64,000 nt of DNA from the NCBI RefSeq assembly GCF_009914755.1, contig NC_060926.1. One strand, 5' to 3'. Position numbers and translations under genes: made by a program. The notes under the pieces are model-generated. The model saw only the letters and a list, made by a program, of their open reading frames with translations. It was not told the origin of the DNA and did no database searches. The DNA is from the human T2T-CHM13v2.0 reference genome, Homo sapiens. Below, piece by piece: positions 26,745 to 39,317 of this stretch; position 1 is the stretch's first letter, and every line of letters begins with the position of its first letter.

Positions 26745-28109
26745 TCATGCAGCACCAGCTGGATCCAAGCTCCCTGAGCTCCAGGAAGGTGGAATGAACA
26801 GCCACTCAACGAGCCACCCTGCCTTGGAGAGGCCCCACTAGGCCAGGGCTTGCTGTCCTGGTGTTTCCCAGAAGCCAGAAGCCCCTTCCCGCTCTCCACA
26901 TCACGGGTCCCGGTGCCTTCTCTCCCACTCTTGCCCGCAGAGGTGCCTGGTTCCGTATTCCACACAGAAGCTGCTCCTGCCTCCTACTGTTGTCAATGTG
27001 TGAAGAATGCCAGATGCGGGGTGTGCAGTTTCAATGGCCCTGGCTGCAATCCAGGGTCTCAGAGCTGGGAATGTGTCTTGCCAACCCACTCAGAAATTGT
27101 TCGGATGAAATCAAGGGAGGCCAGAATGTGATAACCATGGCCAGCGGTGGCCTCACAGACCATTGGGTAAAAGTTTATCGTGTCTTGGAGGAGGGAGTCA
27201 CATCAATATCGAGTTGGTCGGCTCGACTCTCGAGGGCCGTGCGGATGCTCCACACTCCTTTGTCTCTCAGTGCATCATTTCACAGTGTAAGTTGAAGACA
27301 GCAAGTTCTGGCAACAGCTTGAAGTTCCATCTGGCTAATGGAGAACTCGCTCTCCTGGTGCATATTGGTACCTAACCCCGGTCTTCTTTAGGATGACAGC
27401 TGGGGCATGATGCTGTGCTCAGCCTGCTGAGCAGTGTGCAATCTGATTCATCCTCTCCCGACCTGAGAAAGCTGAATTCCCTATTGAGAGCGACTGTGAA
27501 ATGCCCCATTGTGAAGGCAGCTACATCCACCAACAATGAATGGCCGCCAATTTGGGGCTATTTAAATTAGGAGTCAAAGGTCTTCTGGATCTTTCCCATC
27601 AAAGATTAAATCCCTCGTTCCAGGAAAAGAGAAAGTGAAACTCCTATTATCAGGAAGCTATAGGAGGAACCATAAACCAGTGACACCGATGATCTTTTCC
27701 AATTAGGCTTATGTAACTTATAGTGGAAAACACTTAGCTGATGGCTTAAATAGTTTTGTTTTCCCTCGATTATATGCAGAATCAATCCATTGGTGCTGAT
27801 TCAACTAATTCTGATTGCTTTGGCTGGGTCAGTTTATTATTCCTCTGGATTAGGAACTTCCAGTTTCCTAATGCTTATAAAATCCAATCTAATTTTTTTC
27901 AGTCTGGAGTCCTAGGCCACCTCTCGACAGATGCCTTCCCTTCTTATGGAATCTCATTTTAACACTGCTCAAACCCAGCCACTACTATAATTTATCTTCC
28001 TGCTAATTTTGATTTATTTATTTATTTTGTGTTTTCCAAGCCTCCCCAGATATGTGGTCCTGTTTTTCATTCTAATGGCTGTTTAGTCAGCAAATTGAAA
28101 ATTGTCACC

Positions 28110-28340
28110 CAGTTGAAAATAGACAGATCCACATTCAAATGCTGCTACTGCTTCCTGCTAGCTAAATAATGATAGAAAATTTATTTAAACCTGTCTGACC
28201 CCCAGTTTTATTTCCTCTAAAAATGGGATATTCATCTCACAAGATATACTGCATTGTTATATAAAATACTCAATTAACTCACAGATGCAAATTGTCTAGC
28301 ATGAGACAAGGCATGTAGGGAGAGCACAAGAAAGTTTGCT
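28110..28340 (+). mobile_element. MIR relic
   Basis: ttatttaaacctgtctgacccccagttttatttcctctaaaaatggga...caaattgtctagcatg. Confidence 0.65.
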
Positions 28341-29049
28341 CAGTCTCTCCCCTCCGCACAAATCCCTCTGCTTCCCCTGCCTGTACAGTAGAGGCCTTTT
28401 CCCCTCTCTACATATAAAATGCATTTATCCGTGTCAAACAATCCAGCCACTCAACTCTGTCTTGTGTTTTATTTTCTCCAGTCGCTTCATGGAAATTCAC
28501 TTTACAGGCCATTTGGGCAGAACAATCACTTGTTCTTTCGTATTCTGTTCCAATACAGAATATTTATCTAATAAATACAAACCAGCTTCCCATATTCAGG
28601 GTCTGAAGTAGTGTCTCTATGAGGCTGTGAAGTAAATGATTTATTTGTCTTACAAATAGAAAAGGGCATGATACTCTCAATTTCTGATAAATATGTAAAT
28701 GAGCCAATTGACAGTAGCTAATCAAGTGTTCCCCACACAGCAGGCCTCCAGGAAATGCTCCTGACTGACTGACAGGCAGAGATCACACAATTCCTGGATC
28801 TCAACCCCAGTGACAAAGAGAAATAATTCCCAAGTTGCAATAGTCTCCCATGTCTTGATTTTAATTTTTTAATTATCCACCATCAGCAGTGCACAGGCTC
28901 TCAATGGGAAGCCATGCCACTGTTTCTACTCCCTGTGCCAACCAGCAACACCTGATGGCACTGGGCACAGATTTTTGTTCTGAAAATGTGGATTCAGAGC
29001 ACTAATCATTAATTTAGCCTTTTAAATTTCTTTGTATTTGTCCCTGTAT

Positions 29050-29641
29050 TCTTGTATATATTTAAGGTATACAACATGATGTTTCAATTACAAATACATA
29101 AAAAGTGATTTCTACAATTAAGTAAATTAACATATCTGTCACCTCATGAAGACACTGTGTGTGCGTGTGAGTGTGTGTGTGTGCATGCACACAGTGAAAA
29201 CACCCAACATCTACTCCCTTGGCAAATTTTCAGTATCCAATAGAGTATTATGACCCATAGACCCCATGCTGTGTGTAGATCTCCAGGCTTATTCATCCTG
29301 CACAGCTGCAAGTTTGTCCTCTCTGATCTCCATATCCCCATTTCCTCCCCTCCTCACCCTGGTAACCACTGCTCTACTCTCTGTTCCTATTTATTCCATT
29401 TTTTTTTTTTTGGATTGCACACAAAAGTAACATCATTCAGTGTTTTTCTTTCCGTGTCTGGCTTATTTTGCTTACCATAATGTCTGCCAGGTTTATCTAT
29501 GTTGTCTCAACTGGTACAGCCTCCATCTTTGTAAGGCTGAATAGTATTTCGCTGTACATATATACTGCCATCTCTTTATCCACTAACCTATTGATGAACA
29601 CTCAGGTTGTTCCCATGATTATTATCGATAATGCTGCAATA
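29050..29641 (-). mobile_element. L1MA-type 3'UTR fragment with an internal (TG)n
   Basis: atatttaaggtatacaacatgatg...atctactcccttggcaaattttcagtat...cctggtaaccact...gtgtctggcttatttt...taatgctgcaat. Confidence 0.85.
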
Positions 29642-29825
29642 GTTATCTATATTAATTGAAGCTCATAGTTTTATCTTTCCTTCTTTGACATTTTTTCATA
29701 AAGGACATCCTCTTAGAACTATATTCTTTCATCCAATTGAGTCAGCATAGATATTAGATATGCACCTGCATCTCGACAATTCTATCCAATTATGCAATTC
29801 TATTATGTGAATACTTATTCATGAG

Positions 29826-29990
29826 ATTTCAGTCATTCAGCATTTACTAAGCACTTGGTGTGTACAGGAATCATACTAAATGCACAGGATACAGGTTACT
29901 TTAATATAAATTTATTAGATATTTCCCAATGTAGCTATTAGGAAAGACAGATATGAAAAGCAATAATGCAACAGCAGGTGATGCTGGAGA
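29826..29990 (-). mobile_element. L2 3' relic
   Basis: tcattcagcatttactaagcacttggtgtgtacaggaatcatactaaatgcacaggataca. Confidence 0.55.
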
Positions 29991-30144
29991 GATGGACAGG
30001 ACCCAGTGAGGACTGGTCCTTTTAGTAGTATCATTTTAGTTTCTTTTTAAGAGATTTCAAAGAACTATGAATCATTCTCAATTATATTCATAGATGTGAA
30101 AATATTTTGTGAACTAAGTAACAGTAAGTGTACTTTTATCCAAA

Positions 30145-30460
30145 ACATTTATTGAGTATAATTTATCTACAATGAAATTTACAATTTTTTATTTGCACTG
30201 TTTGATGAGTTTTGACAAAGGTAAACACCTTTTCTTTGTTATCATTCAGTTCTTACCTATGAAATCTTTGCCTACCCTATAAGGATTTTCTTTTATGTTT
30301 TTTTTCTGGAAACTTCATCATTGAAGTTGTCATATTTATATTCATGAGCTATTTGGAATTGAGGTAAGGGTAGATAGTATTTTTTCCACCTGTTCCAGGA
30401 ACATGTGTTGACAAAATTATCTTTTCCCTCATTAAATCACTTTGGCAGTTCCTCAGAAAC
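30145..30460 (-). mobile_element. L1ME-type relic
   Basis: tttattgagtataatttatctacaatgaaatttacaa...gatgagttttgacaaa...tgttccaggaacatgtgttgac. Confidence 0.55.
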
Positions 30461-31520
30461 TCTAATTTTAATATGAAATACAAAAATACAGACTTTTAAA
30501 ATGTTTCCACTTAAACATAATAAATTCAGTAATGTTTTGAGTCACTTTTAATTTTATTATTCACAATTACATTTGTTGGAAATGTAGTTTACAAGTGTGA
30601 GACATTAATCACTCTTCAGCCTTTGATATATTTTTATTCAGTTATTCTTTGCCATAATTTACAGGTTGGGAGCTAATAGAATAGGACACTCTTTTCTTAG
30701 CTTGCTCAACAGGTTCACAAGTTTCTCAGTTGGATCCCCCCAGAGAAACGCCTGATGAAAGGACTTGGAGGCAGGTAGCGGTTTCCAAGTGATCTCAGGA
30801 AGCACAGGTAAAAGACAGAGCCAACTGTGTGCCTTGGGAAAAAGAGAGAGAGCCAATTGCATGCCTCAGTGGGTGGCCGTGGGGCTCGATCCCTCAGAGA
30901 AGCTCGGTGGAACACATCCTGAATTGTCTTACTGAGCCCCAGTGTCCACACTCCTAGCTGCTGGTGCATGAGAGTGCTCGTGCGTTCTGCTGCCCAGGTA
31001 GCTGCAACGGTGCCCAAGAAAGCCTCAGGCAGAGGAGCTGAGCTCATGGGTATCTGAGGTAGGAAGTGTCCACGTGCTAGAATTGCGATGATGCTGAAGT
31101 GGCCCAGGACCCATAGAGGATGCCACAGCAGCGTGTACACCGTATGCCTCAGGGCAGGATGTGAGAGCTGTGTCATCCAAGCACAGTTGATGTGTGTGTT
31201 GGGGGAATGGGGTCTGGTAGCATGGGGCGGGAGACAGAGAAGGGTCCTACATCCAATTTGGGCCAGGTCCTGTCTGTTCCCCTTGTCCTCAGTGATTGGC
31301 CCAGCTGGAAGGAATGGACTCATCCCCTCCTTCTATCCCCAGCAGGCCAGCGTAGGCAGCAGAGAAGTTTCTCCTATCTCCCAGGGAATGAGCCTGTGAG
31401 AAAAACACCAGAATCTTGTCTAGGAGTGAACACTGGGCCTGGCATCACAAACGCATGAGAATACTGGTAAATACAGAAAATGTACATAAAATAAGCAGGG
31501 TTAGAAACCTGCAAAGATGA

Positions 31521-31937
<417 letters not shown>

Positions 31938-32910
31938 ATTAGAGTTTTATTAATGTGACTAATACACTGTTGTCTTAGGAGGGGCACCAAACCTACGATA
32001 CCAGGCACAGTTATTTTAATATAAATGTATTTATCTACTCTCTGGCAGCAGTTCCAATCTGAGCAACCCTGAATAAACACAGAATACTATGATTCTGAAT
32101 GATGAGAGTTTCAGGGGAAAAAATCTCCCATTGGCTGTATGGAAAGGGGAGGAACCAAGGTGGAGGGAGGGAAGAGCTACACAACCAGTCTCCAACTCGC
32201 AACTGGGTTTCACTCATCCTCAATGGCCCCATTATAAGTTCCACAGCTACCATCAGGGATGACCCATCAGCATTGTCCGTGTCCAGCCTCTGAGCCTGAC
32301 CCTGCTGGACTCCTCAATATTTGGGGGTTCTTGTTCAAGTAGTGCCATTGAGGAAATGCATGCAATAGGCCAAGAAGCCACCTGTTGAGTTCACAAGTCA
32401 ACAGAAGCACTGGCCCAGGAGCCAGGCAGAGGCAGCTTCAGGAGGCGACCAAACTCATGAATTTGGTAGCTGAGTTACTTTAACTGATGAGATAAGGATG
32501 AAGACATAGAGCTCAAGAAAGTTAAGTGCAGAGTGTTTCGTGTGCACCACTCCATGCAAAACCCTTATGTCGTGTCTGACACAAAGTGGGTGCACGTCAG
32601 CATTTCCTTCATAAGCAGTGAGTTGCAGATGGCATTAAGAAATTCAAGGCTGAGTTTCTGTTGGAGAGTGTGTGGCAGGGCACTTGGTAAACATGGTGGT
32701 ATTGGGTGATGCTGCGAGTTCTTCACAGGAGCACCAGGATGAGCTCGTGGGTAGAAAATACAATTACTTTCCTTGGTTATCTTAAACGCAGTTGATTTCC
32801 AGAAGAATACGTAGGAAGAGATAAGAGAAAGCAATCCTGGTCGCCAAAGTGGAAGCCTGGGCATCCTCACAGTGCTTCCCTGTCCCTCACTCAGCCCTGT
32901 GTCTTTTGTC

Positions 32911-33378
32911 TGATGGAACAAGAGCATCACCATCTTGGACAAGTATGCCATTTTAAGTTTCCTTGATCAAAACCAACCTGAATCCAAAAGGGCATCATCC
33001 TTATGGCTAAGGACAGCATGACCATAAACCGCAAATAATATCTCCAACCAGAAACATTCCAAACCCCTCCCTGACCAGAAACATGCCAGCTCCGAGACAA
33101 CCTCCCCTCCAGCTGGAAAGATGTCAGGTACAGGATAACCTCCCCTCCTCCCAGAAACATTCCAACTCTGCCATAAACTTCTCCCCCACACAGAAACATT
33201 CCAAGCTTGTGATAAGCCCCTTCACCCTAAAACCAATCTATGTTCTTAGTCTGAAAGAGAGAGCACTCCTAACTGAAATCAACCAGAAGCCCCTCTCAGG
33301 TTTACTTCTCTAAAATAAATCTATCTTTGACTGTTGAGCCACATTTCATGTTTCTTTCTTCTTTCTTTAGCTCTTACA
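32911..33378 (+). mobile_element. ERV1-class solo LTR (MER66-like)
   Basis: TG...CA termini, 468 bp. Internal cagaaacattccaa and aacctcccctcc repeats, AATAAA near 33314 and a pyrimidine-rich U5 ending ctcttaca. Family name is from recall. Confidence 0.75.
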
Positions 33379-34319
33379 CTGCCTCCTCAATGTATCTCCC
33401 AATGCTTGCTGCTCTCTTTTCAATGTCATGTGTCCCCCAGTCCTTTCTCCTGTGGCTAGCAGAATCCTCAGTCTTACATTTGATTATGATATTCTGCTTT
33501 GACCTCCCAAAAGTTGAGTAAGGAAACTGCTAGTCATTTCCCAATATCTGTTGGTAACTTTTTTTCTCATACTGGAAGAAAGGCACAAAGACAATGAGAA
33601 GAAAACATGTCCCAGGAGTCCTCACAGCTGTGGGTGGCAGTCAAGTTTATGCTGATAATTGAGATAAAGGAGGAAAGTTGATGGCAGCTGCTGAACCCTC
33701 CCTAATCAGAGAGTTGCGTGCACCTTGGGCTTTTTCTTCTTTATACCTCCTCTTTCCTTGTGGACTGGCTAAATAATTCCAGGAATTGGAACCACAGGTT
33801 TAAACATCCTGACATATGCCAGCTTCAGCTCCCCCTAGTTCAGGCTTTCTTCATAATGAGGCTCAGAGACTTAAAAGGCCTAATGCTCAGTGCTACAAGA
33901 GGTTTAATGTGTCCACAGTGTGGCTTGTGTGTTTTGGAGAGTTAGGACTGGGGGATCAAGGGTTAAAAACGATGACTGGACAAGGGTCAGCCAATCCAAG
34001 GAAAATTGGAGGCAGTTACTACAGAGATTGTGAGAAGTTTGGATTTTTAATATGTTGGTACTGGAGAACAATAAAATGTCTTGAAATTTAGGTAATACTA
34101 GCAGATTTATAATAACACACTATAGACAGACTATGTTTAAAGAAGACAAAGGCCACTCCTGCATAATTGACAATTCATAAACAAAAGTTTACTTTTTTTT
34201 GCTGTTACCTGTTGGATCAAATTCTTAGAGAGAGACCTGGAACAATGGGGTATAAATCAGTCTATATTTTTTTCTGATTCTTAATGTGGCTGCTTTTAGA
34301 CTGGGTGGCACAAAGAAAG

Positions 34320-34540
34320 AACCATAGATTAAGATTCATAAAATCAGGGTCTACTTGTAGCGCATTCATAAGTCACTAGAATTTGGAAAAAGTCACCTAA
34401 CATTCCTGAACCTTTGTAAATCTTGGAAAATAACACAGCAGAGACCCTCCTTCCAGAGGCTGTCATGGGAACCCAATGCATTCACATACATGAGTGAAAT
34501 CTGTGTGTACTCATGCACTCTTAATATGTGTTATTATTTT
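34320..34540 (+). mobile_element. MIR relic
   Basis: ttggaaaaagtcacctaacattcctgaacct...cagaggctgtcatgggaacccaatg. Confidence 0.5.
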
Positions 34541-34600
34541 ACAGATAAAAATAAGTGGCTAAAATATTCTAAGGTTTTCTATTTGAATAAGAAACGTGTC

Positions 34601-34900
<300 letters not shown>

Positions 34901-35654
34901 TGTGTTATTTCAGATATCAGTTAAAAACACAGAATATATCTGTTGGCCTCAGGAAAGATAGTAAATGGGTCCTCTGAGCGCATGCATCATCTGAAAGCGT
35001 TGTGACCGCTCTCTGTCTGATCATGACTTAGAGATGTAATTCAGCAAATCTTTTCTGCTTTCTTCCAAGAAATCTAATAAAACCATTTCTAGGAAAAGAC
35101 TATATGGTTGAGGTCTACTAGAGAAGAATATATATTCAGAATTTTGCCTCCAGGTCCAAATAAATAGATTTCCTTATTATTGCTACAATCTGATCTCCAA
35201 TGTATAAAATGTGGATAAAATAATAAAAGTAAATGACATAAAGTAGAAAACAGCAGAGCTAAAATACAAAAATTTTCAAAGAAATAATCTGGATGATCTG
35301 AAATAGCTTGGTGAAATTTCTTCAAATAATAATAATAATAATAAATGAGGGGTGGGATGTTTACATAGTTCAGCGTCCTGCTCTGCTTCCCTGGGGGGAT
35401 GAAATCTCATTCTCCCCTGGGTTGTACTAACCCTACTGCATATGTATTGACACGAAATTGCCTGCAGAGGAATCACAGCTTGGGGGAAAGCTCTGTGGAG
35501 GACTAAGGTGAATAAGAATTTCTCTGTGCTGAACTGTGTTTCCTTACAGGTGAAGTTCACATTTAAAATGTCTTCTAACCAGCTGGGCAAGTAAAATTAA
35601 ACTGAAACCAAAAGAAAGCAAAACCCTTGGCTTCCATTTCTATCTCTCATTTCT

Positions 35655-35960
35655 CATTCAGCAACATTCACTGTGTGTCTACTGCATACAAGGTCTGATG
35701 TAGAAATGAACGAGAGTGAAATCTATATTCCCCACTTCTTAATATCTGAGAGACAAGATGTGTTCTTTAATTAATATAAAATACAGAACATTGAGGTTCG
35801 TTAAGTGCATTGCTCCATTCAGAAGAGAAATTACAGTCAAACAATGTAAAGGGCATTAGGGGATCTGCAAAAGCAGAATAGAAAGGTAGCTATTAAGTTG
35901 TGCTACGAAGAAAGCTCAGGGTTAAAGTTTGAAGATTTGTGAATGAGTAAATAATATAGT
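35655..35960 (-). mobile_element. L2 relic
   Basis: cattcagcaacattcactgtgtgtctactgcatacaagg...gaaatgaacgaga...tttgaagatttgtgaatgagt. Confidence 0.5.
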
Positions 35961-36106
35961 CTCAGTACAGGCAGCAAAGCTAGGCTGGGGAGGTTGTGTG
36001 TTGGGATATTAGTAAGGTGGGTTTATATAGAGAGGGTTGGAGAGGGAAGGGACATCTTGGAAACAATTGGGAAGCTCAGCTGGGCTGACAACTGCATGCA
36101 TATCAC

Positions 36107-36473
36107 TGCATTAGTTCATTTTCACACTGCTATAAAGAACTACCTGAGACTGGGTAATTTCTGAAGAAAAAAGGTTAATTGACTTACTGTTCCCCATGGC
36201 TAGGAAGGCCTCAGGAAACTTATGATCATAGTGGAAGATGAAGGGGAAACAAGGACCTCCTTCACATGGTGGCAGGAGAGAGACAGAGAGAGGGGGAAAG
36301 TGCCAAACACTTTTAAACCATTAGCACTTGTGAGAACCCCCTCACTCTCATGAGAACTACATGGGAGACACCACCCTTATGATCCAATCACCCCCACCAG
36401 CTCCCTCCCTCAAAATGTGAGGATTATAATTTGAGATGAGATTTGGGTGCAGACACAGAGCCAAACCATATCA
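36107..36473 (-). mobile_element. THE1D-like MaLR solo LTR
   Basis: tgcattagttcattttcacactgctataaagaactacctgagactgggtaat...gagatttgggtgcagacacagagccaaaccatatca; 367 bp. Confidence 0.9.
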
Positions 36474-36933
36474 AAGACTCTGCGGGGGACACAAAACCAA
36501 GAAAGTTTATAAACAGAAGAGTGCCAGTAACAGTGGTGTCTTTATAAAAAGAAGGAGAGAGAGAGGAGCCAGGACATGCATACGGAGGACATTCCTGCCC
36601 TTTCCAGCACTGGCACAGGCATTCAGTCTTACGAAGAGAATTCTGCTGCAAAGACCCAGCCTTGGACATGAGAAATTACATTTTCAAAGTCATGTAAATG
36701 ATCACTGGGAAGTTTGGCATTGGGATTTAGCTCTTTCTTTAATCAATGCTTTTTTTCTGACACTATGCCATGAATTGTATAGAGTTATCTCACACTATTT
36801 AAAATGTTAACAGTAAATATGACTCTAATATGCATCCAAGAGAACCATAACACAGAGGTAGAAGGTATGGCTGTAAGATATTTCATAAATATTACTTATA
36901 CAAAATAATGGCAATCACAATAATTGTTATGTG

Positions 36934-37521
36934 CAGCAGGTCCTCACACAGAGTCATTTTGTTCAGCATCATTTTGTTATAACATTGATAGAAAAAATTC
37001 GATTCTTTTGGGGGGCATTTTTCTGTGTGGAGTAGGCACATTCTCTCCATGTCTGCATGGGTTCTTTCAATGTCCTTTGGTTTCCCCCCTCATCTCAAAG
37101 ATGTGTACCTTTGGTTAACTGGTGTGTCTCAATGGTCCCAGTGTGAGTGAGTGTGGTTGGATGTGATTGTCCCTGCAATGGAGCTATGACCTGTCCAGAG
37201 CTGATTCTTGCCCTTTGCTCTGAGCCAATGGGACAGGCTCCAGCCACCTATGACCTTGAACGAGAATAAGCAGATACATAATCATCCATTTATATGAATC
37301 TTTCTTAAATGTGTCTATAGCTCACATTTATTTGTTTAATATTAGAAGTGTTTCAAGTCTTTCTTTAGATGTTTGGTGATGTTTTTGTGACCAGAAATAG
37401 TCCTTAGGAACCTAACTCTTATTTCTATCAATTAGCTAATAGATAGGTTGGCTTGCTTATATGTCATTTGGCTTCAAGTCGCAGTTTTGAAAAACTTATC
37501 CACAACATTGAGCTCTTATTG
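36934..37521 (+). mobile_element. MER6A-type non-autonomous TcMar-Tigger DNA transposon containing a V-SINE-like core
   Basis: Starts cagcaggtcctc and ends gagctcttattg+TA. The central ctgtgtggagtaggcacattctctccatgtctgcatgggtt...ggctccagccacctatgaccttgaa is the MER6 V-domain-like segment. Confidence 0.85.
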
Positions 37522-37539
37522 TATTACACAGCTATTACA

Positions 37540-37745
37540 GGCCAGTGTTTACATCTATCACTTCTTAACACTCATTATTTGCAGAAGAGCGCTGTGAGAT
37601 TGACAACAGTATTTCCTCATTTGGCAGAGGCAACTGAGGCTCACAGAGCGGCCATTTGAACATCTGTATTGACCATCACACAGTAAGTGACGAGGACAAA
37701 TTCACATCTGCTTCTCACCTGGATTTCATTAATTCCAAACCCCAG
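37540..37745 (-). mobile_element. MIR relic
   Basis: ctgtgagattgacaacagtatttcctcatttggcagaggcaactgaggctcacagag...atcacacagtaagtga. Confidence 0.65.
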
Positions 37746-39317
37746 ATATCTGCTAATTTTTTATAGAAATGCAAAAGTTAATACTCCTGCCGATAAGTCA
37801 CTAAAGAACTAAAGCAGGGTTTAAAAAGTGTACATTGGGACTCGCCTCCTTCTCTCAATTCCATCTTTAAAGTTCATGTCACAAAATTATGCTCACAGCT
37901 TTTCTTCAGAAAACTCCATTTGTTCCTCCTACTTTCATATCGTCAACCCCCTCCATGATAGCCATGTCCACAAAGACTTTCAAGGTGTTGTAGGATAACT
38001 CAAATTAACCTCACAGTCCAAAGTCCCAGTTCCCCAACTGCCTTTGTCCCCTATGTACTCCTGCTTTTCCTGAGGTCAGAGCTGCATGCTGGGAACAGAG
38101 GGCTGTAAAAAGGCAGAGTTATCAAACTCCTCCATCCTGACTCTGGGCAAATAGACTTGTACACAACTTAATTACATTTCAGTGGGTTTAATGCAACACA
38201 AACTATACATAAACTTCAGAGGACTCACGGCAGAGATGAATCCTGAGCTGTTTGGGGCAACAAAAAGGCAATCTTCAAGGGGCTCCCAGTGGGAAGAAAG
38301 TGATTCCAGGCAGAAGACGCCAACTAGGCAGTGACATGGTAATGCAAAAGCAAGGTTATACGGTTTAAAAACTTCCCATGCTATCATTGTCTAAGAGTGA
38401 AATGAAAGCAGTCTATCCAGAGATGAGGCTGGAGTGATTCAGTGAAGCCAGTCCTGAAGGCTTTGTGTGGCAAGCTCAGCAGCTTTGTCTTAACTTGTAG
38501 GCCTGGTAACCCTCCCTCTAAGAAACAGAAGCTTGCTGGTAGTCACTACTTACTATTCGGTAACATATATTTCAATAAGGAAGTCGTAAGACTAATTAAA
38601 AAATTAATCAGTGCTCTGGTCAACATGAAGAGTCAAAGTGCTACTACATTAAGCTATAAGCCACTTTATGGCTTCTTCCTCAGGGGCTAATTAATATCTT
38701 GTGAAAGAAGTAACACAAAAGCAATCATGTGTCGCACTGGAATATGTCAAGTTCTTGGTCCAGAGCAAAGGCTCCAGAGTTGTGACATTTTTCTGCTGAC
38801 GAGGAGTCACGAATATTTGTGCTGTATCAAGTCACGTGCAGAAGAGTTCAGCAATATTCCTTGTTTTTCAGGTAAGTAACAATGGGTGCTATGACAAACT
38901 GACCTCTCAATCTCAGTGATTTAACAAATTGTCATGCATCCCTAGCTCCCATTATAGCATCTTAGTTCGGTGTGGTCAGTGCAGGCACTCAGGGACCCAG
39001 GCTCCCTGCTGGCCCGTTCCCAGTCTCCACTGTGGACTCTGTGCTGTCTAGCTCTTTTGTGGCCTCAGGTTGCTACCCCAGTCACAGTCACTGCTCTTGT
39101 GCTGGTTTTTAGGTACAAGATGATGAAGGCTAGCTGGTATCTACTGCATGCGGCATTGTGTTGACTTCGTTCTTCAGTGCCTGTTCTTGTGGGTATTGAT
39201 GTAAAATGCAGAACTCTTTCTACGTCCTGCTCAGTCTTATGTGTCCATTTGCTTGCCCCCATGCCTGATCCTCTTGCCTCTGGTCTCTTGTCTGATCTTT
39301 AACAAAGACATGAGTTA

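Noticed and set aside
30715-31323. 202-aa ORF, the longest in the track
   Set aside because: It lies in a locally GC-richer patch where stops are rarer, overlapping ORFs occur on both strands, and I recognise no homology.
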